Shown: positions 22,384 to 32,231, counted from the first letter of the stretch. The stretch: 64,000 nucleotides of DNA from Candidatus Omnitrophota bacterium (GCA_028699255.1 JAQVUX010000006.1:25928-89927), one strand, 5' to 3'. Made by a program: numbers and translations. Notes: generated by a model not told the origin, from the sequence alone.

Positions 22384-22476
22384 AGATCGAAAACAGATTT
22401 CGTAAAAGCGTAAAACGTCGGATAGAAAGCGCGAAGATATGCGTTAACGGAATTTGCTTTATATAAGGAGGCAAAA

Positions 22477-22677
22477 ATGCCAAAACTAAAGACCAATAGA
22501 AGCGTTAAAAAAAGAATGAGAGTGACGAAATCCGGCAAGATAAAAAGGTTCAAGGCTAATAAGAGCCATCTTTTGACCGGCAGGACGGGGAAGCGGAAAC
22601 GGCATCTGACAAAAGCCACATATGTCTCGAAGAGTTTTGAGAATATTATGCACAAGCTCCTGCCATACGGAGCGTAA
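22477..22677 (+). CDS. rpmI: 50S ribosomal protein L35
   Basis: MPKLKTNRSVKKR. Confidence 0.9.
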   Translation: MPKLKTNRSVKKRMRVTKSGKIKRFKANKSHLLTGRTGKRKRHLTKATYVSKSFENIMHKLLPYGA

Positions 22678-22689
22678 TAAGGAGGAGAA

Positions 22690-23037
22690 ATGAGTAAAGT
22701 CAAACATGCAGTAGCGGCGCATAGACGCAAAAAACGGGTAATGAAGGCGGCTGAAGGCCAATGGGGCGGCAGATCGCGTTTTCACAAGCGCGCCATGGAG
22801 TCCGTGGCTAAAGGCATGATGTACAGTTACAGAGACCGCAAAGCGCGCAAACGCGATTTCCGTTCATTGTGGATCGTGAGGATAAATGCCGCATGCAGGG
22901 AGAATGGGATATCTTATTCGCGCTTTATGGAAGGGTTGAAGAAGATAAAGATCCTGATCGATAGGAAAATGCTGTCGGAAATTGCGGTATCGGACAAGAA
23001 AGCGTTTTCGAAAATAGTTGAGGCTGTAAAGGCTTAA
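22690..23037 (+). CDS. rplT: 50S ribosomal protein L20
   Basis: 115 aa, basic. Confidence 0.9.
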   Translation: MSKVKHAVAAHRRKKRVMKAAEGQWGGRSRFHKRAMESVAKGMMYSYRDRKARKRDFRSLWIVRINAACRENGISYSRFMEGLKKIKILIDRKMLSEIAVSDKKAFSKIVEAVKA

Positions 23038-23056
23038 ATCGGTAAGGAAAGCGAAA

Positions 23057-24130
23057 GTGAAAGAAGAGATAAAGCAGATCGAGCTTTCGGCACTGCAGGA
23101 TATAGCTTCTTCCGGCGGCAATCGGGCGCTTCTGGAAGAGATGAAAGTAAAATATCTTGGCAGGAAGGGTGTCGTAACCGAGCTTTTTAAGAAGATGGCC
23201 ACGCTTTCGGTGGAAGAGAAGCCGGCAGTGGGCGTTCTCGTCAATGCGCTGAAGAGCGCCATAACGGCCGCTCTCGACGAGCGGCTCGCGGTGGCCGCTG
23301 GCGCCGAAGAGGCGGTCGATCGTCTTGACGTGACGCTTCCCGGTATCGCCGCGCGGCCGGGCAGGATGCACCCGATAACGCAGACGATAAACGAAGTGTG
23401 CGATATCTTCAGGTCCTTAGGCTTCCGCATAGTCGAAGGGCCCGAGATAGAGACGGAACATTATAACTTCGAAGCGCTCAATATTCCTCTGGAGCACCCA
23501 TCGAGAGACGCGTTCGACACGTTCTATTTGAAGACAGAATCCAAAGAAGAGAAATTTTTACTTCGCAGTCACACCTCTCCGGTCCAGGCGCGTTTCATGG
23601 AAAAGAATAAACCGCCGTTCGCGATAGTCGTCCCGGGTAAAGTGTACCGCCCCGACGCTACAGACGCTACGCATTCCTTTATGTTCCACCAGATAGAAGG
23701 GCTTGTCGTAGGCCCGTCTATAAAATTTTCCGATTTGAAAGGCACTCTCGAGATGTTTGCCAGGCGATGCTTCGGCAAATCTACCAGGATGCGTTTTCGA
23801 CCGAGCTTCTTCCCGTTCACAGAGCCGAGCGCCGAAGTCGATATCTCGTGCATCCTGTGTTCAAACACTGCACGGCCGACGACCCATAGCGCTGTTTCAG
23901 GCGCGGGCCCCGGGCAAAAATGCAGTCTTTGCGGCGGGAAAGGCTGGCTGGAAATACTCGGCGCGGGCATGGTAAACCCGAAAGTTTTCAAAGCGGTTGG
24001 TTACGACCCGGAAAAAGTTACCGGGTTTGCTTTCGGCATGGGCTTAGACCGCATAGCCATATTGAAATACGGCATTACCGACATAAGACTCTTCTTCGAA
24101 AACGATATCAGATTTTTAAAACAATTCTAA
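23057..24130 (+). CDS. pheS: Phenylalanyl-tRNA synthetase alpha subunit
   Basis: Class II motifs; GTG start; internal CxxC...CxxC insertion. Confidence 0.9.
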   Translation: MKEEIKQIELSALQDIASSGGNRALLEEMKVKYLGRKGVVTELFKKMATLSVEEKPAVGVLVNALKSAITAALDERLAVAAGAEEAVDRLDVTLPGIAARPGRMHPITQTINEVCDIFRSLGFRIVEGPEIETEHYNFEALNIPLEHPSRDAFDTFYLKTESKEEKFLLRSHTSPVQARFMEKNKPPFAIVVPGKVYRPDATDATHSFMFHQIEGLVVGPSIKFSDLKGTLEMFARRCFGKSTRMRFRPSFFPFTEPSAEVDISCILCSNTARPTTHSAVSGAGPGQKCSLCGGKGWLEILGAGMVNPKVFKAVGYDPEKVTGFAFGMGLDRIAILKYGITDIRLFFENDIRFLKQF

Positions 24131-24135
24131 GGCGT

Positions 24136-26172
24136 ATGAAAATAAACTATACCTGGTTAAAAGACTACATCGATACCGCACTATCGGCTGAAAAAGCGGC
24201 AGAAGTCCTTACGATGGCCGGGCTTACCGTCGAGAGTATCCGCAAAGCTACGGACGGTGATATCCTCGAGATAGAGGTGACGTCGAACCGGCCGGACTGG
24301 CTTTCATACGTCGGCGTTGCCCGCGAACTCGCCGCGGTATCGGGCGGAAAGCTGAAACTGCCGAAAGTAAAACCGCTCCCGGCAAAAAAACTTACCGATG
24401 TAAAAATTACCATCGAAGACAAAACACTTTGCCCCAGATACACCGCGCGCGTAATCCGTAATGTTAAAGTCTCCGCCTCGCCGGACTGGCTTAAAAAGAA
24501 GATCGAGTCGATGGGATTAAGATCGGTCAACAATATAGTCGATATAACTAATTTCTGCCTGTTCGAGACCGGAGAACCCCTGCATGCGTTCGATCTCGAT
24601 AAAATCGCGGGCTCCGAGATCATCGTCCGTAAGGCAAAGCCCGGCGAAAAGATTACAACGATCGACGGCGTTTCCCGTGAACTCACCGGCTCTATGCTGG
24701 TAATAGCCGATAAAGATAAACCGGTGGCAGTGGCTGGTGTGATGGGAGGCGTGAATACGGAAGTTACCTCCGACACGAAAAACATACTCCTCGAGGCCGC
24801 GTCTTTCGACCAGATATCGATCCGGAGAACGGCCAGGGTTCTTGCCATTTCAACCGATTCGAGCTACAGGTTTGAAAGAAAAGTTGATCTAAATAATATC
24901 GTTCACTCATCCGACAGGGCTGTATCGCTTATACAGGAAGAAGCGCTCGGACAGATCTGCGGATTTCAGGATATCGGTAAAAAAGAAACGCATGAAAAAA
25001 CGATAACATTACGCCTCGCGCGGCTTTCCGCCATCCTCGGGACGGATATCCCGCCGGCCAAAATAAAAAAGATAGTGACTTCCCTCGGGCTTAAGATATT
25101 GAGCTCGTCCGACGGCGTTTTGAAAATGAAGCCCCCGGCGTTCAGGTGCGACCTTACCGCCGAGGTAGACATAATAGAGGAAGTCGCGCGCGTTTATGGG
25201 TATGATAAGATACCGAGCACGATACCGGACGCGGTCGAACAGGATATGAATATACCGCGCGATATCGCGGCCGAAAAGAAGGTCCGTGAAGTTCTTACGG
25301 GCCTCGGCGCCTGCGAGATAATTACCTACAGCCTTCTCGGAAAGAATATTCTGAATATGGCGCTCGCCGGCGATACCGACTCTATGGCGGAGATAAAAAA
25401 TCCTCTATCGGCCGAACAGGAAATCATGCGTCCCTGTCTTATGCCGGGTATGCTTCAGGCCATATTATGGAATGTGAACAGACGCTCTAAAGACTTAAGG
25501 CTGTTTGAGCTCGGCAAGACATACACAAAAGCATCCGGCGGACATTTCACCGAGGAGAAGATGTTGTCCATCGGGATAGTCGGTGAGGTTTCGACCTGGA
25601 TGGAGAGCGCGCGAAAATTGGGATTTTTTGACCTGAAAGGATGCGTTGAGACCGTGGCTGAGGAGCTGGGCATAGAAGGGATTACCTTTAAATGCGTACG
25701 CAACAACGGTTTTTCGCCATCCTGCGCCGCTACGATCGAATTGGACGGCCGCAGGATCGGTACGGCCGGAGAAGTAGCAAAGAGTATACTCAATAATTTC
25801 GGCATAAAAGAACTGGTATATTTCTGCGAGATATCACTCGACGCGATATGCAAAGCGGCAAGGCTTAAAAAAGAGTTCCACGAGCTTCCAAACCACCCGT
25901 CCGCGTTCAGGGACATATCGATAGTGGTCGCGAAAGAGATTATGAATGCCGATCTGGCCTCGGCGGCAAAAAACGCGGCCGGACAGATATTGAAAGAGGT
26001 AAAACTTGTCGATAGATACACCGGTAAGCAGATACCCGATGGCAAAATAAGCCTGACGTACCGGCTCGAATATGCCGACCCAGCCAGGACTCTCGAAGAG
26101 AAAGAAGTTTCCTCGGCCCACGCGAATATACTGCGCGCGCTTGAGGAAAAATACGGCGCGAAATTACGATAA
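24136..26172 (+). CDS. pheT: Phenylalanyl-tRNA synthetase beta subunit
   Basis: MKINYTWLKDYI start at 24136; the track ORF from 23920 is an upstream extension that overlaps pheS. Confidence 0.85.
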   Translation: MKINYTWLKDYIDTALSAEKAAEVLTMAGLTVESIRKATDGDILEIEVTSNRPDWLSYVGVARELAAVSGGKLKLPKVKPLPAKKLTDVKITIEDKTLCPRYTARVIRNVKVSASPDWLKKKIESMGLRSVNNIVDITNFCLFETGEPLHAFDLDKIAGSEIIVRKAKPGEKITTIDGVSRELTGSMLVIADKDKPVAVAGVMGGVNTEVTSDTKNILLEAASFDQISIRRTARVLAISTDSSYRFERKVDLNNIVHSSDRAVSLIQEEALGQICGFQDIGKKETHEKTITLRLARLSAILGTDIPPAKIKKIVTSLGLKILSSSDGVLKMKPPAFRCDLTAEVDIIEEVARVYGYDKIPSTIPDAVEQDMNIPRDIAAEKKVREVLTGLGACEIITYSLLGKNILNMALAGDTDSMAEIKNPLSAEQEIMRPCLMPGMLQAILWNVNRRSKDLRLFELGKTYTKASGGHFTEEKMLSIGIVGEVSTWMESARKLGFFDLKGCVETVAEELGIEGITFKCVRNNGFSPSCAATIELDGRRIGTAGEVAKSILNNFGIKELVYFCEISLDAICKAARLKKEFHELPNHPSAFRDISIVVAKEIMNADLASAAKNAAGQILKEVKLVDRYTGKQIPDGKISLTYRLEYADPARTLEEKEVSSAHANILRALEEKYGAKLR

Positions 26173-26416
26173 CACCCCGGGAAGCGCGATTTGCCTTTCG
26201 ACAAAAGGCATGATATACTTTTATTGAAATAAAATATCCCTGCGGTGCGCGTGATTGGAACAGGAATCTTGAGCCAACAGTATGTTAAAAGGGAGTTTAA
26301 CTGAGTGAGCGCCTTGGCGTTCATTCGAGAGCTCCCACCTGATGAAAATCGGGGTCAAGATTACTTTCTCCACACGGCACAGGCGGGGATTTTTTTAATT
26401 TTGCACCCCTGAAGAA

Positions 26417-26537
26417 GCCCGCAGAGATTCGTGTCTCGCGGGACGCGAAATTTTGGCCATGCAAAATTTCACTGCGAAAAAAGTTCTCGCATCTGCTCGA
26501 ACTTTTACGCCCCGCTTAGACACGAATCTCTGCGGGC
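26417..26537. repeat. Perfect 20-bp inverted repeat (GCCCGCAGAGATTCGTGTCT / AGACACGAATCTCTGCGGGC) separated by 81 bp. Each arm is followed by GGACGCGAAATT.
   Basis: Seen directly in the rarA upstream intergenic region. Confidence 0.5.
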
Positions 26538-26586
26538 TATTTTCGGACGCGAAATTAAAAAAATCTTGGGGACATCACAAGGAAAA

Positions 26587-27891
26587 ATGGATTTATTTCA
26601 AAAAGAAGGCAAAAAGCCGAATGTGAACGAGCCAATGGCCGCCAGAATGCGGCCGACGACTCTCGACGGGTTTATCGGGCAGGAACACATCCTGGGCGCG
26701 GGAAAACTCCTGCGGCGGCTTATCGAATCCGACACGATATCCTCGATAATACTCTACGGCCCGCCGGGTTGCGGAAAGACGACCCTGGCTCTTATAATAA
26801 GCGAAAAGACGAACTCATATTTCGAGCGGATAAACGCCGCTTCCAATAATGTCGCCGACATGAGGAGGATAATAGATCAGGCCCATAAGCGTGAGGCGAT
26901 CGACGGTAAACGCACGATACTTTTAGTCGATGAGATCCACCGTTTTAACAAGGCCCAGCAGGACGTGCTGATGCCAGACGTAGAAGCCGGCAATCCGATA
27001 CTGATCGGCACCACGACCCACAACCCGTTTTTTTACGTGAACGCGGCCCTACTTTCCCGCTCCCAGGTTTTCGAGTTCAGGAAACTCTCCGAAGATGACG
27101 TGATAGCCATATTGAAGAATGCCCTCTCCGATAAGGAGAAAGGCTTGGGGAAGATACCCGTTGAAATGGATGTCGACGCGCTGGCGCATCTGGCGAAAGT
27201 CTCCGAGGGGGACGCCCGGCGCGCGCTTTTGGCTCTCGAAGTAGGCGCTCTTACGACGCCGGCCGACAAAAGTAAAAAAATTAATTTCACCATGAAGGTC
27301 GCCGAAGAATCGATACAGAAGAAGGCGGTCATTTATGATAAAGACGAAGATGGGCATTACGATACCATATCCGCGTTCATCAAATCGATGCGCGGCTCCG
27401 ATCCCGACGCTGTTTTATACTGGCTGGCGAAGATGATATACGCCGGCGAGGATCCGAGATTCATAGCGCGCAGGATCGTGATATGCGCCGCAGAGGATGT
27501 CGGCCTGGCGGATCCGCAGGCGCTTGTGCTGGCGAATGCGGCCCTGCAGGTAGCGGAATTCGTGGGTATGCCGGAAGCGCGGATACCGCTTGCGGAGGCG
27601 GCCGTATATGTGGCGTGCGCGCCTAAGTCGAACGCCAGTTATCTGGGCGTGGAGGCGGCGTTAAAAGATGTGGAGGGGGGTAAAACACTCGAGGTGCCGG
27701 ATCATCTGAAAGACGCCAGCCTTGATGGGGACGCCCTCGGCCACGGCAAGGGTTACAAGTATGCACACGACTATAAGGATCATTACGTAAAGCAGGAATA
27801 TAAGCCGTCGGACAAGCGTTATTATATACCGACGGATATGGGCCATGAGAAGCGGATCAAGGAGTGGCTCGAGAAGTTGCGCGGTAAGTAA
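26587..27891 (+). CDS. rarA: Replication-associated recombination protein A (RarA/MgsA AAA+ ATPase)
   Basis: MDLFQKEG start; GPPGCGKTTLA Walker A; MgsA C-terminal region. Confidence 0.8.
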   Translation: MDLFQKEGKKPNVNEPMAARMRPTTLDGFIGQEHILGAGKLLRRLIESDTISSIILYGPPGCGKTTLALIISEKTNSYFERINAASNNVADMRRIIDQAHKREAIDGKRTILLVDEIHRFNKAQQDVLMPDVEAGNPILIGTTTHNPFFYVNAALLSRSQVFEFRKLSEDDVIAILKNALSDKEKGLGKIPVEMDVDALAHLAKVSEGDARRALLALEVGALTTPADKSKKINFTMKVAEESIQKKAVIYDKDEDGHYDTISAFIKSMRGSDPDAVLYWLAKMIYAGEDPRFIARRIVICAAEDVGLADPQALVLANAALQVAEFVGMPEARIPLAEAAVYVACAPKSNASYLGVEAALKDVEGGKTLEVPDHLKDASLDGDALGHGKGYKYAHDYKDHYVKQEYKPSDKRYYIPTDMGHEKRIKEWLEKLRGK

Positions 27892-28015
27892 AATTGCGTC
27901 TATGCGTATGAAAAAAAACAACAGTTTAAACAGTTAAACAGCCAGAAAATTTTAATTGACAAAAGCGCAAAATGTGAGATAATAAGCACCAAGAAAAGTT
28001 TAACATAACCCTTTT

Positions 28016-28045
28016 AATTCCGCTCCCGAGAGGACGGAAAAGGAG
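28016..28045 (+). promoter_or_regulatory. PyrR-binding loop (pyr attenuator)
   Basis: UUCCGCUCCCGAGAGGACGGAAAAGG matches the PyrR binding-loop consensus UCCNGAGAGGCUNGNAAGG. Confidence 0.5.
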
Positions 28046-28061
28046 ATGAAGATGAAAAGTA

Positions 28062-28104
28062 ACCCGCTTATCTATGTAAAAATAGACAGCGGGCATTTTA
28101 TTTT
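28062..28104 (+). terminator. Attenuator terminator: CCCGCT...AGCGGG hairpin plus a T-tract just before pyrR
   Basis: Hairpin at 28062-28094 followed by ATTTTATTTT. Confidence 0.55.
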
Positions 28105-28118
28105 CCGGGGGTTCTGCC

Positions 28119-28667
28119 ATGACGCTTAAAGAGAAGTCCAAGATACTCGATAAAGACGCTATCGACAGGGTGCTGGAGAGAATAGCCCACGAGATAGTCG
28201 AGAACGATAAATCTGTCGGACGGATTGCGATAATAGGCATAAAGAATAGAGGCGCTTATCTGGGCGGGCGTCTTGCCGCGAAGGTCGAAAAGATAGCGCT
28301 TACCAAGATACCGGTCGGCGCGCTCGATATCACATTATACAGGGATGATCTTACGGAGGTTTCGGCCCAACCGGTGGTTCACGCAACCGAAATAGATTTC
28401 GATATCGCAGGAAAGAAGATAATTTTAGTCGACGATGTGCTTTATACCGGCCGGACGATACGATGTGCGCTCGACGCCCTGATAGATTTCGGCAGGCCTG
28501 GACAGATACAACTCGCAGTCCTGATAGACCGCGGACACCGGGAGCTTCCCATAAGGGCCGATTATGTCGGTAAGAACGTGCCGACATCGTTGAAAGAGAC
28601 GGTGGCGGTCAGGCTTTCCGAGACCGACGGTAAAGACGAAGTAGTCTTGTGCGAAAAGGCGGCGTAG
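28119..28667 (+). CDS. pyrR: Pyrimidine operon regulator / uracil phosphoribosyltransferase
   Basis: 182 aa; PRTase motif ILVDDVLYTGRT. Confidence 0.9.
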   Translation: MTLKEKSKILDKDAIDRVLERIAHEIVENDKSVGRIAIIGIKNRGAYLGGRLAAKVEKIALTKIPVGALDITLYRDDLTEVSAQPVVHATEIDFDIAGKKIILVDDVLYTGRTIRCALDALIDFGRPGQIQLAVLIDRGHRELPIRADYVGKNVPTSLKETVAVRLSETDGKDEVVLCEKAA

Positions 28668-28669
28668 GT

Positions 28670-29614
28670 ATGGCGGAAAAGAAGACGATTTGGACGAAGA
28701 AAGACCTTCTGGGGCTCGAATATCTCTCGAAAGAAGAGATAGAACTTATATTATACACCGCCGGAAGTTTTAAAGAGGTTACTACCCGCCAGATAAAAAA
28801 GGTTCCCGCCCTCCGGGGTAAGACGGTTGTAAATCTCTTCTATGAGCCTTCAACGAGAACCCGCACGTCATTTGAACTCGCCGCGAAACGCCTGTCCGCC
28901 GACGTAGTGAATATCGAGATAGAAGCATCGAGCGTGAAGAAGGGCGAAACGCTTATAGATACGGGTAAAAACATAGAGGCGCTCAAGATAGATATAATCG
29001 TGGTACGCCATTCCTCGAGCGGCGCGCCAAATATACTCGCCAGGTCGGTCAAGGCGCGCGTTGTAAACGCCGGCGACGGTTGGCACGAGCATCCTACCCA
29101 GGCGCTACTCGATATGTTTACCTTGAAGTCGAAACTTGGCAGGATAGAGGGCCTGAAGGTTAGCATCATCGGCGACATAGCGCATTCGCGCGTCGCGCGT
29201 TCAAATATATGGGGGCTGACGAAGCTTGGGGCAGAGGTTACCGTCTGCGCGCCGCGCATGCTGATACCCGACGGGATAGAGAAGATGGGCGTCAGGATAA
29301 CCTCCGATATAGAGGAAGCGTTAAGAGGCGCCGATGCTATAAACGTCCTGCGGATGCAGTTCGAGCGGGACGCGGCGCTCGCATTCCCGTCGAAGCTGGC
29401 ATATTTTAAGGAATACGGCATTACCGCCGAACGGCTTAGAGCCTGCAAAAAAGATATAGTTGTAATGCATCCGGGCCCGATAAATAGGGGGATAGAGATG
29501 TCGAGCGAGGTTGCCGACGGTAAAAATTCGGTGATATTGGAACAGGTGACGAACGGCATTGCGGTGCGAATGGCCGTTTTATACCTTGTAGCTTATGCAA
29601 AAGGGGTAGAATGA
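28670..29614 (+). CDS. pyrB: Aspartate carbamoyltransferase catalytic subunit
   Basis: STRTR and HPxQ motifs; ATG at 28670 (a GTG at 28649 is an alternative start). Confidence 0.85.
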   Translation: MAEKKTIWTKKDLLGLEYLSKEEIELILYTAGSFKEVTTRQIKKVPALRGKTVVNLFYEPSTRTRTSFELAAKRLSADVVNIEIEASSVKKGETLIDTGKNIEALKIDIIVVRHSSSGAPNILARSVKARVVNAGDGWHEHPTQALLDMFTLKSKLGRIEGLKVSIIGDIAHSRVARSNIWGLTKLGAEVTVCAPRMLIPDGIEKMGVRITSDIEEALRGADAINVLRMQFERDAALAFPSKLAYFKEYGITAERLRACKKDIVVMHPGPINRGIEMSSEVADGKNSVILEQVTNGIAVRMAVLYLVAYAKGVE

Positions 29615-30930
29615 ACAAAAGATATTTAATAAAAGGCGGAAGGGTTATCGACCCGGCCAATAAAATAGACGCGCTTCTTGATATAATAATTGCCGATGGC
29701 AAGATTGAGAAGATCGGCCAAGGTGATTTACACCCCGGGGTGGAAATCCCACCCCGGGGTGGAAATATAGAAGTAATAGACGCCAAAGGCAGGATAATCG
29801 CACCCGGGCTTATCGATATGCACGTCCACTTAAGGGAGCCGGGCCGTGAAGATGAAGAGACGGTCTGGACGGGTTCGCGCGCGGCCGTTACGGGAGGATT
29901 TACCGCGGTTCTATGTATGCCGAATACCGATCCGGCCATTGACAACCCCGCCGTGGTGAAAACATTGAAGGAAATTATTGCCAGGGATGCCGCCTGCCGC
30001 GTCTTTATATGCGGCGCCATAACGGAATCCAGAGCGGGAAAGAAGCTGGCAGATCTTACTAAATTTAAAAAAGAGGGCATTGTAGCCGTATCCGACGATG
30101 GCTCCGGCGTCCAGGACAAAAAAGTTATGCAGGACGCGTTAAAGGCCGCCGCTGTGACGGGAATTATCCCGATAGAACATTGTGAAGACGACGCTCTTAC
30201 TTGCGGCGGGGTAATGAATAATGGGTTTGTCTCGACGAAGGCGGGTTTAAAAGGGATAAGCGCCCGCAGTGAATACGATGCCGTAAAGCGCGACCTTGAG
30301 CTTGCCGGAAAATTTTCTACGCCAATACATATCGCGCATATAAGCTGTAAGGAATCGGTTGAACTCATTCGTACGGCGAAGGCCGCAGGCGTCAAAGTTA
30401 CGGCGGAGACGGCGCCGCACTATTTCAGCCTGACGGATGAGCGCTGTGCCACCTACGATACGAATACAAAGATGAATCCGCCGCTTAGGACAAAGGAAGA
30501 CGTGGAAGCGATAAAGGCAGGCCTGGCCGACGGTACTATAGACGCGATCGCGACCGACCACGCTCCGCACACAGATTCCGAAAAGGACGTCGAATTCGAC
30601 TACGCGCCGTTTGGCATAATAGGGCTGGAAACAGCAATCCCGCTCTGTATGATGGAACTGGTTGATAAAAAAATATTATCATGGAGCGGCCTTATTGCGA
30701 AACTTTCGACAAATCCGGCAGGCATACTCGGCGTCCCCGGCGGAAATCTTAGGGAAGGCGCTCTTGCGGACATAACTATAATAGATCCCGAGAAGGAATA
30801 TACGTTTAAAAAAGAGACGATAGTTTCGAAATCAAAGAATTCGCCTTTCATAGGCTGGAAGCTCAAAGGAAAAGCCGTAACGGTTTTTGTGGGCGGCACT
30901 CTTGTGATGAAGGACGAGGTATTGCTATAG
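29611..30930 (+). CDS. pyrC: Dihydroorotase
   Basis: DMHVHLREPG metal-binding motif; 439 aa. Confidence 0.85.
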   Translation: MNKRYLIKGGRVIDPANKIDALLDIIIADGKIEKIGQGDLHPGVEIPPRGGNIEVIDAKGRIIAPGLIDMHVHLREPGREDEETVWTGSRAAVTGGFTAVLCMPNTDPAIDNPAVVKTLKEIIARDAACRVFICGAITESRAGKKLADLTKFKKEGIVAVSDDGSGVQDKKVMQDALKAAAVTGIIPIEHCEDDALTCGGVMNNGFVSTKAGLKGISARSEYDAVKRDLELAGKFSTPIHIAHISCKESVELIRTAKAAGVKVTAETAPHYFSLTDERCATYDTNTKMNPPLRTKEDVEAIKAGLADGTIDAIATDHAPHTDSEKDVEFDYAPFGIIGLETAIPLCMMELVDKKILSWSGLIAKLSTNPAGILGVPGGNLREGALADITIIDPEKEYTFKKETIVSKSKNSPFIGWKLKGKAVTVFVGGTLVMKDEVLL

Positions 30931-30945
30931 GATAGATACCGATAT

Positions 30946-30982
30946 GACCTCCGAGGGCGACTTTATGTCGACCTCGGAGGTC
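30946..30982. repeat. 16-bp near-perfect palindrome (GACCTCCGAGGgCGAC / GTCGaCCTCGGAGGTC) between pyrC and the PHP nuclease gene
   Basis: Seen directly; no U-tract follows. Confidence 0.5.
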
Positions 30983-30995
30983 GGATGAGGTTAAT

Positions 30996-32231
30996 ATGCC
31001 GTTTATCGCTGATTTCCATATCCATTCGAAATATTCCCGCGCGACAGCGAAGGATATGGATCTGGCGAGCCTTGTAAAATGGGCGAAGATAAAAGGCATA
31101 TCGATGCTCGGCACCGGAGATTTTACTCACCCGTTATGGTTTTCAGAACTTGAGACGCGCCTTGAAAAGACTTCCGCGCCCGGCGTATACCGCTACGATG
31201 GTATCGATTTCATATTGACCGTCGAAGTCTCAAATATATATTTCAAAGCGGGCAGGACGAGAAAAGTCCATAATATAATATTCGCGCCATCGCTTGAAAC
31301 GGCGCGGGAAGTATCTGCCGCGCTGTCGGAATACGGGGAGCTGTCGTCGGACGGACGGCCCATATTAAGCGTGGAATGCGACAAGATGGCGAGGCTTCTC
31401 GCCCGGATAGATCCGAAGATATTTCTGATACCCGGCCATGCCTGGACGCCGCACTTCAGTATATTCGGCTCCAACTCCGGGTTCGATTCGCCGGAAGAGT
31501 GCTTTGAGGATCAGACGGATAAGATATTCTCGATAGAGACGGGGCTTTCGAGCGATCCGGGTATGAACTGGCGCTGGTCGAAACTCGACAGGTTCTGCCT
31601 TACATCAAACTCGGATGCGCACTCGCCGTCGAGGCTGGGCCGCGAGGCGAATGTATTCAAAGAGAAAATAGATTACGACAGCCTGGTTGAAATATTAAAG
31701 ACCAAAGATAAAGACAAATTTCTTTATACGATCGAATTTTTCCCGGAAGAAGGCAAATACCACTGGGATGGCCACAGAGGATGCAATGCGCGCCTCTGCC
31801 CGCAGGAATCGAAGACGATAAATAATATTTGCCCTGTGTGCGGCAAGAAGGTTACAATAGGCGTAATGCACCGGCTCGAAGACCTTTGCGACAGGGCTGA
31901 AGGTTATGTCGATGCGCGGAGCCCTTCTTTTAAAAGGATGGTGCCGCTTACGGAAATAATAGGCGCCGCATTCGGCGTCGGGGCAGGGTCCGTAAAGGTT
32001 GAGAGAGAATATTTCCGGCTGATAAAAAATTTCGGGACGGAGTTCAATATACTGCTGTGGATGGACGAGCGGGAGTTACAGTCCGCTCTTCCCGAAAGAA
32101 TAGCCGCAGGCGTAATAAACGTAAGAAAAGGCGATGTCGAAATAAAGCCGGGTTATGACGGAGAATACGGCACCGTCGATATTTTAAGAGACAGCGGCTC
32201 GCCCGGCGACAAACAACTGAGCTTCTTTTGA
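30996..32231 (+). CDS. PHP-domain nuclease with C-terminal zinc ribbon, endonuclease Q-like (TIGR00375-type)
   Basis: FHIHSKYSRA and GTGDFTHPLW PHP motifs; CNARLCPQESKTINNICPVCGKK zinc ribbon; 411 aa. Confidence 0.5.
   Translation: MPFIADFHIHSKYSRATAKDMDLASLVKWAKIKGISMLGTGDFTHPLWFSELETRLEKTSAPGVYRYDGIDFILTVEVSNIYFKAGRTRKVHNIIFAPSLETAREVSAALSEYGELSSDGRPILSVECDKMARLLARIDPKIFLIPGHAWTPHFSIFGSNSGFDSPEECFEDQTDKIFSIETGLSSDPGMNWRWSKLDRFCLTSNSDAHSPSRLGREANVFKEKIDYDSLVEILKTKDKDKFLYTIEFFPEEGKYHWDGHRGCNARLCPQESKTINNICPVCGKKVTIGVMHRLEDLCDRAEGYVDARSPSFKRMVPLTEIIGAAFGVGAGSVKVEREYFRLIKNFGTEFNILLWMDERELQSALPERIAAGVINVRKGDVEIKPGYDGEYGTVDILRDSGSPGDKQLSFF

Noticed and set aside
23920-24135. Upstream extension of pheT from 23920
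   Set aside because: It overlaps the pheS C-terminus. The conserved PheT N-terminus starts at ATG 24136.
26290-26320. CUGAUGA...GAAA resembling a hammerhead ribozyme core
   Set aside because: There is no stem II hairpin between CUGAUGA and GAAA, and no flanking stems I and III.
26431-26586. Upstream extension of rarA from 26431
   Set aside because: The extension runs through the inverted-repeat element and gives an unconserved N-terminus. The RarA homology begins at MDLFQKEG, ATG 26587.
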